From Lama guanicoe (Eukaryota), in the NCBI GenBank assembly GCA_013239625.1, contig MU053823.1:271698-335697 (forward strand): DNA of 64,000 nt, written 5' to 3'. A program made the translations under genes and the position numbers. Numbering within the stretch: position 1 is the first letter of the stretch; the number at the start of each line of letters is the position of its first letter. Shown here piece by piece: positions 47,601-59,600 of the stretch. The notes under the pieces were generated by a model. It worked only from the letters and a program-made list of their open reading frames with translations, searched no databases and had not been told where the DNA came from.

Positions 47601-50600
47601 CTCTCAGGTAATTGGCCCCATCAAGGATGGTACCCCTAGACTCTCCTATCCCTTCTTGTCCTGTATGGTCCTCCTTTTGCCTAAGAAAATCTCCTGTTGC
47701 CCATGGGAATTCTCCCACCAACCCCTCTCTGTGTTCACCCACCTTTTGGGCACAGCAGTGAGCTGTGTGTCTTCTCCACAAGGACCCCTTCAGGCTGATA
47801 TGAAGAGAGACATGGATAAGTGAAGACAATGCAGATGAATATCAAGGCAGATGGCACTGAGGGAACAGGAAGGGGAAAGGAAAAGGGGAGAAAAGGCTCT
47901 GCTTGTGCCTCCAGGGCTTCACTCAGAACTGGAGAGAACAGAGGTTCTCTCTGACGTACAGAAGGACTCCAGGTCAACCCAGGGAGGGGCCTCTCAGTAA
48001 AATTCTTTCTGGGCAAGGCCTAGAGCTAAGGACAAGTTCTGTAGAGGCATCCTAAGAGGCAGGATGGACAATTGGGTTCATGATGGGATTTTTAAAAAAG
48101 CAGCTAATGATGGCTTTAGGGACTTTAATAAGAGAAACTAGCATTCATTGAATGTCTCTGAAGTAGCAGGCACTGTATTAGGCACTTTCATAGACCATCA
48201 ATATGAGTCAAGCAGACAGTTAAGGGCAGAAGGGGATCAGGGAAGGAGAAAGGGGAGCTACCTAATTGGAGTTGGAGTAAGAATGCTGCAAGGGACTAAC
48301 TGACATGTTTAGACGTATACTGAACATCCTGGGTTGGTTGCTGTCTCCACCTCTGAAGCAAGGCCTGCAGAAAACTCACCTTGACCAGAACTGGTTTGAT
48401 GAGTGTGTCACTCCTGCCCTTTTCTGGAACAAACCCCTTCTGGCCCCCACATAGTTCATTGCTGTCCAGAATCTTAGTACTGATAGTGAAGTTCACATGA
48501 CCTGAGGAGAAAGAGGGAGAAAGGAAGGCATCAGCCCTCTTAACAGAGGTACCAATGAGGTCTCTTCCCCTCTGGAACAGTGCCTCTTAAACTCAAATCA
48601 CCTGCAGATCTTGTTTGTTACCATACAAACTCTGATTCGGTAGATCTGGGGTGGGACCCACATTCTGCAGTTCTAACCAGCTTCCAGGTGTCAGTGATGC
48701 CGGTCCTGTGGGGCAGGTAGGCAGCCTCCAAGGACCCCCGTGATCCTTGTGTCCGGATATTTACACTGTGGTGTAATCCCCTCTCCTTGAATGTGGGCTG
48801 GATTTAGTGACTCGCTTCTAACAAAGAAGATCAGGCAGAAGCAATGCTACATCTCTTCTGAGATTAGGTCATAAAAAAGACTGAGCTTCTATCTCGGGTG
48901 CACCCTTCCTCATGCGCTGCTTGCTCTGGAGGAAGCCAGCTGTCTGTCAGGAGGCAGCCCCGTGGGGAGATACATGTGACGAGAAACTGAGGGGGGCCAC
49001 TAGGCACCACCTGAGGCCAAGAACCGCAGCCTTCAGTCTAACAGTCCGTAAAGGTCAGAGGCTTTGGAATGAGCTTGCATGTGGGTTCTCTCCCGGTCAC
49101 ATCTTCAGATGAGAACACAGCCCTGGCTGACAGTTTAACTGGAACTTCATGAGAGACCTTGAACCAGAGGCACTCAGTGAAACTGCAGCAAATACTGACC
49201 CACAGAAACTGTGTGATAGTAACCATTCATTCCTTTAAGCTGCTAAACTTCAGGGTAATCTTTTAAGCAGCAGTAGATAACTAAAACATTCAAAGACCAC
49301 ATTTTGAATGGCAAGGATTTAATCCAAGAACAAATGACATCTCAGAGGGTTACTGTGATAACCAAATGAGTTAATCCATGAAGAACAGTTAGAATAGTGC
49401 CTGCCCCATACTAACTATTCAATTAGTAACATGATAATATATCCCTCGTCCTGGTGTAAACATTAAAAGCGCCCCCTTTCACACTCAGAATAGCCCAGAA
49501 TATATATAAGAATATTTGCTTATTTATTTACAATATAGACTTAGGAGGGAGAAGGATAGAAGCAAATAAAAGGAAGAGGAAGAAGGAAGCAAAGCAAATG
49601 CAGTAGAGGAAAGGATAGAGTTCTCAATCTCTATGCATTGTTTTTCCCCATCTACCGGCTCCTCCTCTTACCCAGTTTGATAGCTGTGATATTCCAGTGA
49701 TAGGATTTTGCTTCATCAGCACAGAGACAGCTGGAGGCCCCAGAGTCAGTCCGTGATTCCACCCGGTACTCATCTGATTTAGCCAAGTGAGTCTGCACCT
49801 GAGGAGGATATTTGAGTATTAAAAGTTTGTAAGTAAAGGAGACAACACAGAGCGGTTTAGGGAAACAAGGGGGGAGAGACACCAACAGCCCATCTCTTTC
49901 CCAGGGAAAATCAGTATGATTCCAATGTAGAGAGTGACACCTGCTTCCTGTATCCCCAGCTCTTACCCTGATGCAGTCCTTTAGGTAATTGAAGATGGTG
50001 GCAGTCAGACGAAAAGATTCTCCACGCACAACTGAGTAAGGGAGAGTCAGATCAACAAAGAATGGCTTGAAGGCAGTCAGTCCAACAGTGGGTGATAGAC
50101 CAAAGCCGCTGGCCTGGGAGGTGCAAAAAGTCATGGCCTTCCACGTGGTGATGGTATCAGGAACCGTGACGGGGACCGCCTCCTTCCCCGAGTCACTGTG
50201 AGAACACAAGGACCCCGGTGGAGCAGACAGCGGAGAAGAAGAGCATTGGGGAATTAAGTTATAAACTGGTCTGCAGAAGTGAATTTGTTGTTGTTGTTGT
50301 GTGTGGTGGCGGGAAGCAAAGAGGCAACTGAACTGGAGGCCCCCATGAATCTCAGAGTATGAGTCTTCAGGGGAGGATGTACAAATATGCGAGAAGGGGG
50401 GTGCCTGAGGGTAAAGGGAGGAGCACGTGTGGGTGGAACAAATCTGTAAGGGAGGCCAGTGCTCTCTGAATCTGTGAAAATATGCATTCTCATGGCTTGT
50501 CAAAACTAGCAGGTAAGCAGTGGGCGAGAACTAAACTAGTGTTGATACGGGCCTTTACGTTTGCGTGGCCTTGCAGTGAGAATGCACTGTCTGCACTGTG

Positions 50601-53600
50601 AACATGGGGAGGAGATGTGTGCATTTGTTTCGAGTGACTGTGTGTGACTGTTTAGGAATCCAGGGAAAGAAACACGTTCTCATGTTCCCATTAAACTTTC
50701 TTGGCTTGAGACTTAGATCTACTAGAAATGATCTGAGTCTGAGTTGTCTGCTGACCCCACACTGTATACTCAATCTTGTTACACCTTTGAGGCATCACTT
50801 ACCCAATAGGAAACAGATCCCAGAGCCAAGTCTCCGGGAAGTACTGGCGAACCTGAGAATGCTCTGACTGAAGTGATGAAGTTGGCTTAAAAGCCATTGG
50901 ACGAGAACCATCCGCTCCTAAGGAGACCAAGAATAAGGGAAAAAACAGAGTTAGTTACACAATAAATTGAGGTAGAGGAACTGCTAGCAAGAAACTCAGC
51001 GGGAAGCAGAGAACATCTGGTCAGAGACGAGGAGAAAGGACCACTGAGGAACTGACTGGTCACAAGGCCATCAGGGGAAGTGACAGACAAGGACATTTGA
51101 CCGAGGAATGAGCAGATAAGGGCTCCAGGGCTTCAAAAGCCTTCCCTAAAGAGAAAGAGAGATCCTTGGAAAACTGGCCTGCTTCTGCAACCCACAATCC
51201 ATTATCCTTCTAAGGCTAGAGCCTCAGTGCAAGAATAAGAGGCAAAGAGGAAGTTTCAGAGTCCCACAATTCTAAGTACCTCAGTGAGCCCACGAGCCAC
51301 AGAGGTAGCTTACCTCCACCCATTGCAATGCTGTATTTTTCAGGCAGATGATTGCAGACTACTGGCTTCTTGATTTTGGCATTGGACAGTATTTTCAGGC
51401 CCATGTCCTGACAGGCAGCAAAGGAACCAAAGAATGAAGTGTTAAGGTGGTCCTCTCCCTTCCTACGAGGGCTACTGCCTAGAAATTTCACCCTCAAAGG
51501 GTTGGAGCAACACATTCTTTGCCTATTAATTGTGAGATCAATACTCAGCCACCAAGTTGAGTTTACTTCTGTTCCAGCTACTGTAAAAGCCCTTCAATTA
51601 AACTTATTTCTCTGTGTGTGTGTGTGTGTGATGTATAGATACATATATATCTTCTGCAAAATGATCACTATAGTAAGTCTAATTAACATCCATCACCGTA
51701 TATAATTACAAACTTTTTTTCTGATGAGGACTTTTGAGATCTATTCTGTTAGCAACTTTCAAATACATAATACAGTATTATTAACTATAGTCATGATGCT
51801 GTACATTACATCCTCAAGACTTACTTACTTTCTAATTGGAAGTTTGTACCTTTTGACTCCCTTCACCCTCCCAACCGGCCCTCTACCTCCTACCTTGGGC
51901 AATCACCAGTCTACTCTCAGTATCTGTGAGCTTATTTTTTCTTGTTGTTGTTTTTAGATTCCACACATAAATGAGATCATATGATATTTGTCTTTTTCTG
52001 TCTGACGTATTTCACTTATAATGTCCTCCAGGTCCAACCAGGTTGTCGCAAAATGGCAAGATTTCATTCTTTTTTGTGGCTGAAGGATAGTATTCCACTT
52101 ATTTTTATTGTTCAATATGTTTAATGCTTCTTCCAAATATTAGTCACTATATTCTTATGATTTGATTTGGACTGAACTTTCTGAGAGCAGAGACCATATC
52201 AGCTCAATCCATTCAACAAAAATACATTGAGCGATATGAAGGACCAGGCATTAGAATACAGAGATGAACAAGACACGCTTCCTGACTCAGAGACCTCCTG
52301 GCCAGATGGGCCCGAGCATCCCAAATGTCTGCTGATAAAGTAGGTGTGGTATCTTTCATAATAAGGATAGGAGCTCTCTGGTCTACCTTCTCTCATTTTT
52401 TTTTCCCCCTTCTTGACTGAGCCCGTGGAAATCAACATTTGGAGACCATGGAGAGAGGACTAAGTGTTTGGCCTCGCACAGGGGTTGTCTCCCAACACAG
52501 CTGGGCAACTTCTTCAAGCATGAAGACCAAGAGAGGCTCCCTTACACACTGGGAGTTTCTGTCAAGATTTTCTCCTGTCAGTGCCCACAAGAGTCCACCA
52601 TTTTTTTTAGATACGGGCTTTTCTTTCCCCCTCCCGTCACTATTGTTTCTGTGAGAACAGAATGAGTAAGAACATCTACCTGGAAAAAACTAAAAACGTC
52701 TGTGCCTTCAGAGAACCAAGGCCTCCACATGACAGAACGCTCGCTCCGAGGCTCCTCGGGCACTGGGTCAATGAGGGGCTGTGGGAAGTCCCAAGGGCCA
52801 GACTCGGGACACTCATCATATTCAGCCACCTGATAGGGATAGTGACCGTACCAGAACGGGAACATCCTATAGACCTGAGATAAGAGGGGAAAAGGAATGA
52901 AAATATTGACACAGTGAAATCAATTGAGAAACTTCCTCTCAGATTTTGGTGCCACGGTTTACTACTTTTGTGCTATTTCTCTTCATTGCTCCAGAATTCC
53001 TCCTACATGTGTTCCATCACAACCCCTTCCTCTGTTTCATCTTTGTTCACGCTCTGTCACCTTTATCTGCAGTTTCGTCTTTCCTGATCTCTGCGTCCAT
53101 ACTAACCACACCCCTCTCATATCAACACTTCTACCCTCATTTGCACACCAGCTCTGCTGCCACCCCGGGGTGGTGCCCTATTTCCCTGGGACTGTCTCTC
53201 CCGCCCCCCAGTGCATCCATCTCTCATTCTCATGCAGTCAGTTTGGCTTCTCTATCGACCCCCCCCCCCGCCCCCCCTTGGGGGCCTACCCCCGGGCCGT
53301 TTCCTCACCCCCCTCTCTNNNNNNNNNNNNNNNNNNNNNNNNNNNNNNNNNNNNNNNNNNNNNNNNNNNNNNNNNNNNTTAGCGGACTACTCACGGAGCT
53401 GTTGCTCAGCTCCCTCTCTGGTCTAAGGAGCAAGACACTCTCATCCACTGCCCGGACCGCACACAGGGACCCGGGAGCTGCCTGCAGCTGCAGGTCCACA
53501 TCTGCTCCCGGAAGCTGCTGGGAAGGTGAGAAGCCAAGCGAAACCTGGGGAAGGGAAAAGAATAATCAGGCCAGCCTGGAGAGGAGGAAAAACAATCACC

Positions 53601-56600
53601 AGCCATATACCCTAAGTATGGTCCCCAGCCCACTCCTTCACTCCCTTTATCCTGATTTTCTCGGTAAAATCTCGCCCTTTAGAACCAGTGTCTTGTGATA
53701 CAACTAGAAAAAGTAAGCAGCACAGTAGAATAATACAGAAAGTTTAAAAGACAGAAAGTAGAAAGAGAGAGAATACCCGGGGCAGCTACACAGAATATAC
53801 GGTTTCCCAGCACAGCTTTTTACAAAGAACCAGGAGAGGTGGAGAGTTCAACAAAACATACTGAAGAGACAGAACACGATATCCAACATCAAGATTTTCT
53901 CCTTCTTTTCCTGCCCTTGCCTTTTCTCCAACCCCAGCACACACAACTCTCTCTCTACGCCCAGACCTTTTCTTCACCCTCCTCAACTGCCATTTTACCT
54001 GGTTGTCGAAGCACATCTCTACTGAGAAGCGAGTTTTGTCAGCTAGAACACCTCCACTGGGGAAAACGGCATAGATCAGCAGGGAAGGGTCAGGGGCTAG
54101 TCTGGCACTGAAGGTCAGTGAGAGAGAGAAGGAGCCTTTCAGTCCTGAAAGAGAAGAGGGGATGTTCAGGGGTGCGTGAACACACTCACCTACCAGTGGC
54201 ATCCAACCCTGTGCTTGCACTGCTCCCGGAGCCCGCGCAAGCCACACGGGGCAGGTGACGTCTCAGTCTCACTTTCCTATTCTTCTATGGTTATTGCTCT
54301 GCTCTGTTCTCATGGCTCCTACTCTTGCTTCTAATATAAGAACTGTTTACTGGAAGTTTAACGTTTAAGCCCTCCCAAGAGCTGCATGAACACTCACCTC
54401 TCTTCTTAGAGTTCAGGTGTTTCTGCCCCTCCATCTCCAGACTCCCTTTTCCTATTAACTAAGGAAGAGAGAAGAATCATCAACAACATAGAAGTTTGGG
54501 GAGTTAGCCCCGGACCTATCACTGCATCTCTCCATAAAGAGAGGCTCCTTTCACAGTTCTGGAGCCCAGGTCAGTACTTCACAGAGCATCTTTCAGCTTG
54601 TCAAATGTCTGATGGTACCAAGAGTCCTGATGACTCTTCCTCCAGTTAGAGGTCTGCTGAGAACCAGGGAGTGGGTGGGAGGAGACAAAGCCTCGGGGCC
54701 AGACAGAAGAGAAACCATTCTCCGTGATGGATGGCTGATACCATTTCTTAAAGATCTCCAGGTTTTACTCTCTTATAGTCTTTATAACATAAAATCTGCT
54801 AAAACCCATCCTTTCAACCTTTTTAAAAAAATTATCACTCAATTCAAAATTCAGTGGAAATGAGTGCACTCTGAACTGTCTTGAGTCCTTCTGATGCTTG
54901 ACTCTCTGGAGGAAAAATCTCCCTTTTTGACTCTCCTTTCTTGATCACTTCCACTTGAAGCCAAATTCAGTGACATTGTTTCTAAGTAGGCTGTCATTTC
55001 AGGCTCCAGTCAAGGGCTGCAAGGCCAGTTCTTCAGACTGCCTTCCACACTGATCAGCCCCACTCCACCTTTCTCCTGGGCCTCCCCACACATCTGTCCC
55101 TAAGACAGTGCTGGTATTATCCCTCTGCCTCATTACTTCCCACCTCATTCTGTTGTGTCAGGGTGATTGTTTTAGCTTGATGAAGACACTGGAATGACTC
55201 AGAGACTTTAAGAAGATGATAAGGGAATAAAGAGACTCTGGACCATCAAACCCGAGGTTCTCGTGAGTCCACTCCCTCACCATCATCAAGGTGACCAGTA
55301 AAACTGCTTGTCTTTATACATTTCATTCAGGCGTCCAGTTGTGATTTTATTTCCCCAGCAGAGCTGCTATCAATGCTCATTTTTAACCCTATATCATCTA
55401 TTTTAAGATATTGACCAAGGAAACACAGAATGAAATTTATTCTACGTCCCTATCCCCTCCTCATCCCCCCTCCCACCTGTCCACCCAGCTCCCCTCCTCC
55501 CTGGTCAGCAACACGTTCTCACCTCATTTTATTTCCCCACACAATTTCTCCAGACTCCTCTTCAAAAATCTCTTTATTCCCTAATTCCCCCATCCTTTAT
55601 ACCTACACACTGGACACATGTGACGACTGGAGCCCTTGAAACGTGACTAGTCCAAACTGTTTTAAGTATAAAATACATACTTTAAGTTTCAAAGATTTGA
55701 AATGCACCTGAAACAAACAAGGTAATCTATTAATGATTTTTATGTTGATTTCATGTGGAAAAGATCATATGTGGGATATATGGGGTTAGATAAAATATAT
55801 TTTAAAAATTAGTTTTCCCTGTTCTTTTAATTTTTTCTTTAATGTGGCTCCTAAAAATTTAGAAATTATCTATGTGGCTTGCATTACATCTCTGTCTTGA
55901 CTGTCTGTTCACCCTCTCTGGTCACTGTCCTCATTCTCTTTCCCTCATGACACACTCTCACCAGTCCTCACTCCCCAGTCTCACATAGTAGGAGAAGATG
56001 ATTTCCTGGTCAGGGTCCAAGTCAGCTGGATCAATGGAATAATCCACCAGCAATTCCTGGGGCTGGCCACACTCCAGGACGCCATTCAGCCGGCGGATGC
56101 CAAGGAAGCTGCGAGTTGTGTTGTAGAAAGGGTGCAGGTACAGGTAGGCGTTGTGGTAGTAACGATGCACTTGTTTTGGATTATACTCCAAATCTTCCAG
56201 CTGGAACCTGCCCTGAGAAAAAGAGGGAAAAAAAGGCCTTTAGCATGTATCCCAATGATATCACCCCGTGGACTTGTCATGGTTCTCAAATCTGCACTGC
56301 CTAAGAATGGCCTGTAGCTATCTCACAAGAGGTCCTACCAATGATGTTTGAGAAGTCCATATCAGTGGTTACATGCAGCAGCATTTCGGTACATAGGGGA
56401 GTAAAATAAGGGCTGAATTACAGTTGCCAGGTAATGGGAAATTGTGGCTGATGTACCTTCACAGACTGATACAGAGGATGAATAAATCTGACTAAGATGA
56501 TATAGAAATTAAAGACTATATCTCATGGATAAGGAAACGAGGTATAGAGGTTAGTAGGATTGAAAATAATCATTTCTAAGTAGAGTGATCGAGTGATGCT

Positions 56601-59600
56601 GAGAGTACAGAAATAAGTAAATTAGCCACAGTACAAACAGTATGTATTTGTGTAAGTAATGGAGCTGAATTATTGCATTAAAGGCTCCAGTTCTTCACCC
56701 CTCTCTGTAGCAATGTCCTTTACCATGTAATCTCACAGCACCCTTGGAGTCTAACTGGGGACCCACCGTCTGACTTGTCTGGGGAATACAAGTCAGTGAG
56801 ATAAGTAGAGGCTTGGAAAAGCCCTTTTGTTGTTGCATCTCATTGCCGCCATGAGACTACACCTGGGCTAGCTTGGTGGGTCAGGAGATGTGTGGAAGGC
56901 CAGCCTATAATCCGCTGATCCACAGATATAAGAAAAGTCCACCAAGATCAGCCGAGCTGCCTATCTGACTATCCTAGATACAGGAGCAATAAATGCTCCC
57001 TGCTGTGTAACACTACAGTCTTGTAGTTGTTTGTTACACAGCAAAGTGTGGCAATTGATAACTGATACAAGTAACCATTCTTATACATTATGCAAAATCT
57101 AGAAGTCTCTTCTTTGTCATTTTATATGAGTAATAGGGAGAGGGGGAAAATAAGAAGATGACTCTGAACCATTTTTCCCTCCCTAAACTGATTTCACAAA
57201 GAATCAGATAAAGATGGAGATAAATTATAAAATGAATTAGTAGAAATAGTAGTTTTTATCTGAAGGGTCATTTATTTAATTGGTATTAAAAATGGGACCA
57301 AAAAAACTTTTTGTCAGCTGGGGAACAAGACTGGTGAGTGAGGGAGACAGAATTACTGGGGGGAGAAGGGGGTGGAAAAAAAGGAAAATTTTTAAGTTTT
57401 CCTTCAGGAAAGTCTTCCTGGCTGGAAAGCTGGACCTCCTAGTGCTTACCTCCAGAGAAACGTATCTCCCATTCCAGTTAACCGTATCCAGCTTGAAGAG
57501 AGCGAGGCCATCATTGTCAGTAGTTAGGACCTGGTTGATGGTTCCATTTATGCCGTGAATCAGCAGAAACACTGAATGATGCTTGAGGAGGGAACCATCG
57601 TGGCCCCTGACTCTTATCTGAGGGGTGAAGGTCATTAGGGCATTAGAGCTAGGTTTGGAGTAGGTTCGAAAATCTAAGAATACATTTCAGGAAAGAGTCC
57701 AGAAAAAGGTAAACATGATTCAAGGGTTGGAAAGTAGCATCTATAAGGAACTGAGAAACAAACAGCAGTAGCTTGGCCTGGAGCAGAAGGAGATTTGCCA
57801 TGTAGCTTATGAAGCCTTAGGGCCCTTCATCTGCATACACCCCTTCCCCAAGGCTCTGCACATTCCTTTGCTTTCATTTCCCTACAGCGAGTCCCCTTGC
57901 ACTCCTAAAGCGTCTAATCCTTAGGCTGTAAGAAAGTCTGGATCTACTCTTGGTCTGGAGAAAAGACGACTGAGGAATAAATGGATCTAAACATGGAGAA
58001 CATTACTGCGTTCACCAGTTGTTTGGGATGTGAAGAAAGACAAACTGGGACGTGAGGAAAGAGGAGTAGATTGCTAGGTATCAGAAAGAAGACATTACCA
58101 ATTTTTAAATCTCTAAAAACAATGCTAAAGGAGCTATAAATGGCTCTCCGTCGTGAGACGTTTGATATTAACCTTGCCTAGATGCAGACACTTAGACTAG
58201 ATGATCTCTCCAGACACCCTGCAGCTCTAAAATTCACAGATTTAAACATAAGAATATGAGCGCCTGGTATTAGGAAGAGCACTGAAATCACATCAATATG
58301 CAAAGCACATCGCAGGTGAGATTTAGGGCAACAAAGTGTAAGAAATTACTAGCTATGCCCTCGAGGCAGATTGCCTGGGTTTGATCACTTAGGAGCTGAA
58401 TACCCTTGGGAAAATCACTTAATCTCTCTGTGCCTCAGCCTCCTCATCTGTAAAATGAGGCCAGTAACAGTGTCTAACTCAGGACTGCAGCAAAGATTGA
58501 ACAAGTGAATACACATAAAGTACTTAGAACAATGCTACGTTAGGTAATATATGTGTACAGGAAGGAGGCAAGAGTGGATGTTTAAGCATTCTTTCGTCTA
58601 TGCAGAGACAAGTTTCAACATACCTTCCCACTGAAGGGGAAGTTGGGGTAATAAAAATTGTCAGTGTCTTCAAAGGTCATTGATCCCATTTGTGAAGAAA
58701 TGTAGATATCCTGAGTAGTATTGGCCTCCACTCCTGTAGGGGAAACCAGATGTTTAAACAAATTAAATCCCTGACACCCTCATTTTCACATTTAACATAA
58801 AATCCGTGAAACGATGACGCCACTGGAAGTATAAAGCTGAACATATTTCTGGCCAAAGACCCAAATTAACTCTTCCTCCCCAAACTTCTGGGGAAATAGG
58901 GAGTGGATGGAAGGTTGGAATCTGGCATTTCCCTTTGACTGTGAATAGGAACAAATTCTCTTCCAGACACTGATGAGGGTGGGTCTTGAGGTCCCTGAGT
59001 AGGTCTGTTCCTGGAACGGTGCTTTTCCTTTCTCTCTTCTTAATGAACCAAGGAGCAGCCCACATACCTGTCCCTTCCTCCACCACAGTGGCCACAATAT
59101 TGATGTTGTTGCTGTAAAAATACCCAGTAAGGTTGAAGGTGGACATGTCCACGGAAGATGAGAAGCATCCTGCTTTGTCAGTCTAGTGAAGCAACCAGAG
59201 AGAGAGAGAGAGGATGAATAACTTAATCTCGGCATCCATTTCATGATGTCCTGTAGAAGGAAATAATTTCTTATCTCTGTACTTTAGTTTTTCCCTCTTT
59301 AAGATAGAAAAACTATCGCATAACATAAGGTATACACCCACACATCGATAATCATGAAACAACCCCAAAGCTCCAAGATATGAGAAGGAGAAAAGAACCA
59401 AATGCAGAACAGGAAAATAGTATCTCCCAAGGGTTTAGATTAATTTCTTGATTCCAAGGCAGATTCTAAAAGACCTTATCTGTTTAGGATTGAAAAAAAA
59501 AAAAGACTTTGGAACTGGGATAATAATCATGTGAATTGCTTTCTCCTTTGAGCTTTTTATTACTTTTCCTATATTGGTCTTATTTACTAACTCTTTAGGA

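Noticed and set aside
49652..50503. 283-aa minus-strand ORF as a single exon or novel gene
   Set aside because: It is A2ML1 exons 19 and 20 plus stop-free intron sequence (the 168-nt intron happens to keep frame); canonical splice sites are present
52946..53698. 250-aa plus-strand ORF
   Set aside because: Runs through the N gap and is antisense to A2ML1 exon 15; artefact
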